Source: a virus (taxonomy: Duplodnaviria > Caudoviricetes). Taken from it: 29,476 bases of DNA. Where the stretch lies: positions 1 to 29,476 of the IMG/VR virus record IMGVR_UViG_3300031260_000091; one strand, given 5' to 3'. This document shows, one piece after another, positions 26,293 to 29,476 of the stretch. Position 1 is the first letter of the stretch, and each line of letters begins with the position of its first letter. The notes under the pieces are model-generated. The model was not told where the DNA came from, did no database searches, and worked only from the letters and a program-made list of their open reading frames with translations. The position numbers were made by a program, and so were the translations under genes.

Positions 26293-28350
26293 TTATCCCA
26301 CGTTTTGTCGCCGGGCCTCGGCCCAGGCCGGCAACATGTCGAGCACCCGGCGCTCCAGCTCCAGGACCTCCGGTGGGGTCTGTGGGGCGCGCCGACGCCG
26401 AGACCCCATGACCTGTACCGCCGCCGGTACCGCCTCGGCCGCCTGGGGCGGCGGTGGCAGCATGGCCGCCACCTCCAGGGCCTGCAGCCGCCGCTGGGCC
26501 TTGAGCTGCGCTGCCGCGGCCCGCAAGGCCTGCCGGCGCAACCGCGCCACCTCTCGGGCAGCCGCCGCGTCATCAAACCCAGCCACCAGGCGCTGAGCCT
26601 CACCCACATACGACCCATCCATCCGGTAGATATGCACCGGCGCATCCAGCCGCTCCGGGTCAAAGCGCACAACCACCCGGTGCCCAGCCAGCGCCGGCAA
26701 CATCTCCGACCAATAAAAATTTCCGAGGATATGCACATGCCCGTCCTGGCGCACCTTTACCCCTTCGGCCGCCAGCAGCCACAGCCGCCGCTGCTCCTCC
26801 GTGGGCCGCCGCACCACAGCCTGGGCATAACTCTCGGCAAAGGTGGCATCGAAACTCCGGCCCCGCGCCGTCTCGGTCCGCCGGCCCTCACGGCTGTTAT
26901 GCTCCCGGATGCCCGCATCCACGAGCCGCAGGCACTCCTCCCAGGAGAGCGCCCGCTCGCCGTAGTTGGCCGGCTTGGCGGTCGGGCTGCTGCCCGTATA
27001 GCAGCCAGCGGCCGCCGGGTGCCTAGCAATGGACTCACAGAGATCCCGAAAGGCGCGCTCAATGGGCTTGGACTGGCCGTGATAGGGGGTGGTGAAGTGG
27101 ACCTCCACGCCCATGAGGCGGAAGATCCCTTCCGGGTCCTCCTCCCGCACCCGGAACCGGAATCTCCGAGGCGCACCCCCCGTCATCCACTTGTTGGCGA
27201 ACTCCCGGCCGTTATCCAGATACACATGCTTTGGTACCCCATACGCCTCCACCAGGTCGCCAAAAGAGAGGCGCACCAGATGCCCGCTGAGGGTCTCCCC
27301 CACCCGCCAGGCGAGGATCTTCCCGGAGTAGATGTCCTGCCAGGCCACCAGGACCGGCCGGCCCACCTCCCCGGAGGGCAGCACCACGCGCACATCCAGG
27401 GTGTGGCCATCCGCACACACCGCCTCCATGGCCTGCAGATGGCCGCGGGTCCTACTCACCCGGGGCAGTCGGCGCTCCAGGGCCTCGCGGCCCTCGCGCG
27501 CATAGACCACCATGGTCCAGGGGAGCTTCTGGACCATGCGCCGCACCGTGGCATAGGAGGGGATGGTCCAACCGCGCTCCCCGGCCATGCGCAGGACGCG
27601 CCGATATACCGCCAGCAAGCTGGGCTGCTCCGGCCGCAGCCAATCGGCCTTGAGGGCCTCCCAGGCCTCCGGGCTCATCTCGGCCACGGCCTCGCGGCCG
27701 GCATACCTGGGAGCAAGCACCGGGGCATACACATCCGGCGTCACGTACGCCGCACCCACGTGCCGCTCATCACCCCACCAGATGCGGCGCAGCGTGCCTA
27801 CCGGCACACCGGTCTCCTGGCTGACCGCCGCGATAGCGGCGCGCGCGGTCTCCCCTAAGTCCACGCGCTGCCGAATGGCGCGGGCCCACTCGGCCCGGCG
27901 CCGGCCCTCCGCCTGAATGGATTCAGGCCGACGGCTGAACCACTCCCACTGCTCCCGGGCAAACGCCGAGAGCACCCCCGGCGCCTCCTCCGCGGCCGCA
28001 GGAGTGGGAGCGGCCGGACTCGAACCGGCCCCAAGGGTGAGCTGCCCTTTGCCATCGCTCGGGCCGTCGCCCGCCTTGTTGGTACCGTCACGGCGCCCCG
28101 AGCTCTGAGCCCGTGACAAGGTGCATCCCGCACCGCTCCCGTCCGTGACAGTCTCGCCCAGGCGGGCATACACGGCCCGCTGCGCCTCCAGAGGCAGGCT
28201 GGAGACCGCAATTTCGATGCCTTTGCCTCGCACTCTAGTGCGAGTTGTGACTAAATTTTTTTGGGCCCACTTGCGCACGCCACGATCAGTCCGCGGCACG
28301 CCTGGAAGCCGCAGGTCGGCAACCTGCTGTGGTGTGAGCCACGCATCCAT
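26293..28350 (-). CDS. muA: MuA-like DDE transposase
   Basis: N-terminal Mu-type DNA-binding domain (WLT...LPGVP), YLDNGREF, ADGH, SKPIERAF motifs and C-terminal VVVRFDP. Confidence 0.96.
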   Translation of the reverse strand: MDAWLTPQQVADLRLPGVPRTDRGVRKWAQKNLVTTRTRVRGKGIEIAVSSLPLEAQRAVYARLGETVTDGSGAGCTLSRAQSSGRRDGTNKAGDGPSDGKGQLTLGAGSSPAAPTPAAAEEAPGVLSAFAREQWEWFSRRPESIQAEGRRRAEWARAIRQRVDLGETARAAIAAVSQETGVPVGTLRRIWWGDERHVGAAYVTPDVYAPVLAPRYAGREAVAEMSPEAWEALKADWLRPEQPSLLAVYRRVLRMAGERGWTIPSYATVRRMVQKLPWTMVVYAREGREALERRLPRVSRTRGHLQAMEAVCADGHTLDVRVVLPSGEVGRPVLVAWQDIYSGKILAWRVGETLSGHLVRLSFGDLVEAYGVPKHVYLDNGREFANKWMTGGAPRRFRFRVREEDPEGIFRLMGVEVHFTTPYHGQSKPIERAFRDLCESIARHPAAAGCYTGSSPTAKPANYGERALSWEECLRLVDAGIREHNSREGRRTETARGRSFDATFAESYAQAVVRRPTEEQRRLWLLAAEGVKVRQDGHVHILGNFYWSEMLPALAGHRVVVRFDPERLDAPVHIYRMDGSYVGEAQRLVAGFDDAAAAREVARLRRQALRAAAAQLKAQRRLQALEVAAMLPPPPQAAEAVPAAVQVMGSRRRRAPQTPPEVLELERRVLDMLPAWAEARRQNVG
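28005..28140 (-). ncRNA. tRNA-like structured RNA embedded in frame in the transposase gene
   Basis: Acceptor stem GGGAGCG/CGCTCCC plus A; canonical T-arm GCCGG-TTCGAGT-CCGGC; internal hairpins. Confidence 0.62.
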
Positions 28351-28583
28351 CAGGTCACCATCCGGTCCGCAATGGTCCGACGTAGGTCCGCCATGATCTG
28401 GCGCCCGATGCCGCCCAGGGGTTCCACGCCCTTGGTGCCCCAATCATAGATGACGCGGCGCACCGTCACCGGCAGGTACCCGTGAGCCCGCGCCCACTGG
28501 GATACCGAGAACCACCCGGCCAAAAGGAGCTTGGCCCGGACCGTATTCATGTCGCCAATGGGGAGCTGTACTTTTCTTTCCAT
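28350..28583 (-). CDS. ner: Ner/Cro-like DNA-binding protein
   Basis: 77-aa HTH (VRAKL...SVSQWARAHGY...TV), first early gene, divergent from the repressor, TGATG-coupled to MuA. Confidence 0.8.
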   Translation of the reverse strand: MERKVQLPIGDMNTVRAKLLLAGWFSVSQWARAHGYLPVTVRRVIYDWGTKGVEPLGGIGRQIMADLRRTIADRMVT

Positions 28584-28590
28584 CGCTGCT

Positions 28591-28639
28591 ACCTCCCTAA
28601 TTGATGGGCACAGTATAGCGGAATAAACGGCGATGTCAA
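28591..28639 (-). promoter_or_regulatory. Early promoter (Pe-like) and ner RBS
   Basis: TTGACA (28639-28634), 16-nt spacer, TATACT (28617-28612); GGAGGT at 28596-28591. Confidence 0.85.
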
Positions 28640-28657
28640 CACCATAGTGCGAGATGT

Positions 28658-28743
28658 TTCCGATTCAGTTCCGATTCAGTTCCGATTCTGTTCCGATTCT
28701 GTTCCGATTCTGTTCCGATTCTGTTCCGATTCTGTTCCGATTC
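28658..28743. repeat. Tandem array of 8 x 11-bp units
   Basis: TTCCGATTC cores at 28658, 28669, 28680, 28691, 28702, 28713, 28724 and 28735, joined by AG (x2) or TG (x5). Confidence 0.97.
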
Positions 28744-28775
28744 CATGAGGGCAGGCCTGGGGCAATTGAGTTGTT

Positions 28776-29219
28776 ATGAATGAAGCTCGCGAGTTAGCTA
28801 AAAGGATCCGCGACTGTATCGGCGACGAGCCCGTGGCGGCGTTTGCGCGGCGCTGTGGCTTTGGCGAAAGCCTGTTGCGCAAGTACATCAATCTTACCTC
28901 TCCAGCCGCTCCTTCGGCAAAAAACCTCGCCCGCATCGCCGAGGCCGCTGGGGTGAGCCTGGACTGGCTGGCCACGGGCCGCGGCCCCAAGCGCCGCACG
29001 GAGCAACCCACGGATATGCCTGACCTTTCCAGGAGCCCGTATGCGCGACGGTGGGAGAAGATTATTGCCCTGATTGAGGGCATTGAAGACGATGCGGCCA
29101 GAGCCGCCGCCCTGGAGGAGCTTTTTGCGCGCGCTCAGTCTGCGGCAGACATGGCCGAGCTGCGACAGGCGGTAAGAGATCTCACCGCCGCCCTCCACAG
29201 GGCTTCAAACGGCCTTTGA
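28776..29219 (+). CDS. Phage repressor, XRE HTH without an S24 peptidase domain
   Basis: VAAFARRCGFGESLLRKY...PS..NLARIAEAAGVSLDWLATG; terminal gene divergent from ner. Confidence 0.88.
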   Translation: MNEARELAKRIRDCIGDEPVAAFARRCGFGESLLRKYINLTSPAAPSAKNLARIAEAAGVSLDWLATGRGPKRRTEQPTDMPDLSRSPYARRWEKIIALIEGIEDDAARAAALEELFARAQSAADMAELRQAVRDLTAALHRASNGL

Positions 29220-29234
29220 ATGCGACTGCCGCCG

Positions 29235-29380
29235 CCCGCAAAAATCCCACACCAAGTGCAAAAAAATCACCGACTCCCCCACCCCCCACACTGGAGTCCC
29301 AAACTCCCACCCCCCAAAACCCCGCGCCACCCCAGCACTCCCCACCTCCCCCCTAGTCTCAAATCATCTGATCCCGCACA
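29235..29380. repeat. Repressor-side phage end with spaced transposase-binding sites (Mu attL-like)
   Basis: GTCTCA at 29356-29361 and GTCCCA at 29296-29301; 29235-29265 is an imperfect inverted copy of 189-220; terminal ACA at 29378-29380. Confidence 0.82.
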
Positions 29381-29476
29381 TCCGGCCGCGCAGGACCTAA
29401 TCCCGCCCCCGGAGGCATGTCAGAAAAATGGCGACCAGGACACTCTCCCTCGACATCGACTACGCCCGCTTCACCC

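Larger units (their letters stand above)
142..29380. mobile_element. Mu-like transposable phage genome, apparently complete, with a non-contractile tail
   Basis: Contains MuA/MuB/ner/repressor/gemA plus full head, tail and lysis sets. Both ends begin TGT and carry TGAGAC at end positions 20-25 (left TGTAACGGTGCACTTAGTCTGAGAC; right end reverse-complemented TGTGCGGGATCAGATGATTTGAGAC). Confidence 0.93.

Noticed and set aside
25021-27858. 945-aa plus-strand ORF
   Set aside because: Antisense shadow of muA/muB in GC-rich DNA; no recognisable motifs.
28005-28140. Canonical tRNA or tmRNA gene
   Set aside because: Too long for a tRNA and with no assignable anticodon arm; far too short for tmRNA and lacks the G3:U70 pair.
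28658-28743. CRISPR array
   Set aside because: The units are 11 bp and contiguous, with no unique spacers.
28654-28776. Phase-variable N-terminal extension of the repressor through the repeat array
   Set aside because: A TGA at 28746-28748 is in frame with the repressor, so no repeat number gives a fusion.
29381-29476. Identifiable host gene in the right flank
   Set aside because: Only a possible start (ATG at 29428, MATRTLSLDIDYARFT); too short to assign.

Overview
The window holds an apparently complete, compact (about 29.2 kb; 142..29380) Mu-like transposable bacteriophage. It has TGT...ACA termini and transposase-binding repeats at both ends, with short non-matching host flanks (141 bp and 96 bp) and no target-site duplication. 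Read from the right, it encodes an XRE repressor and a divergent early operon: ner-like, MuA, MuB, GemA, a Zn-ribbon putative late activator, and a MuF protein with a toxin-like C-terminal extension plus a coupled putative immunity gene. A P2-style divergent head module follows: portal, HTH-fused terminase and lysis genes on +; protease and capsid on -. The tail is non-contractile, with an accessory fibre block and a low-GC adhesin cassette. The most unusual signals are (1) a 136-nt tRNA-like RNA with a perfect acceptor stem and canonical T-arm embedded in frame in the transposase gene, (2) the MuF toxin/immunity pair at the end of the early operon, (3) an 8 x 11-bp tandem array in the immunity switch region, (4) strong AA/TT avoidance reshaping the distal tail proteins, and (5) a left flank that reads like a type I-G cas3 fragment. 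All assignments come from reading the sequence by eye and recalled family motifs; no searches were run.
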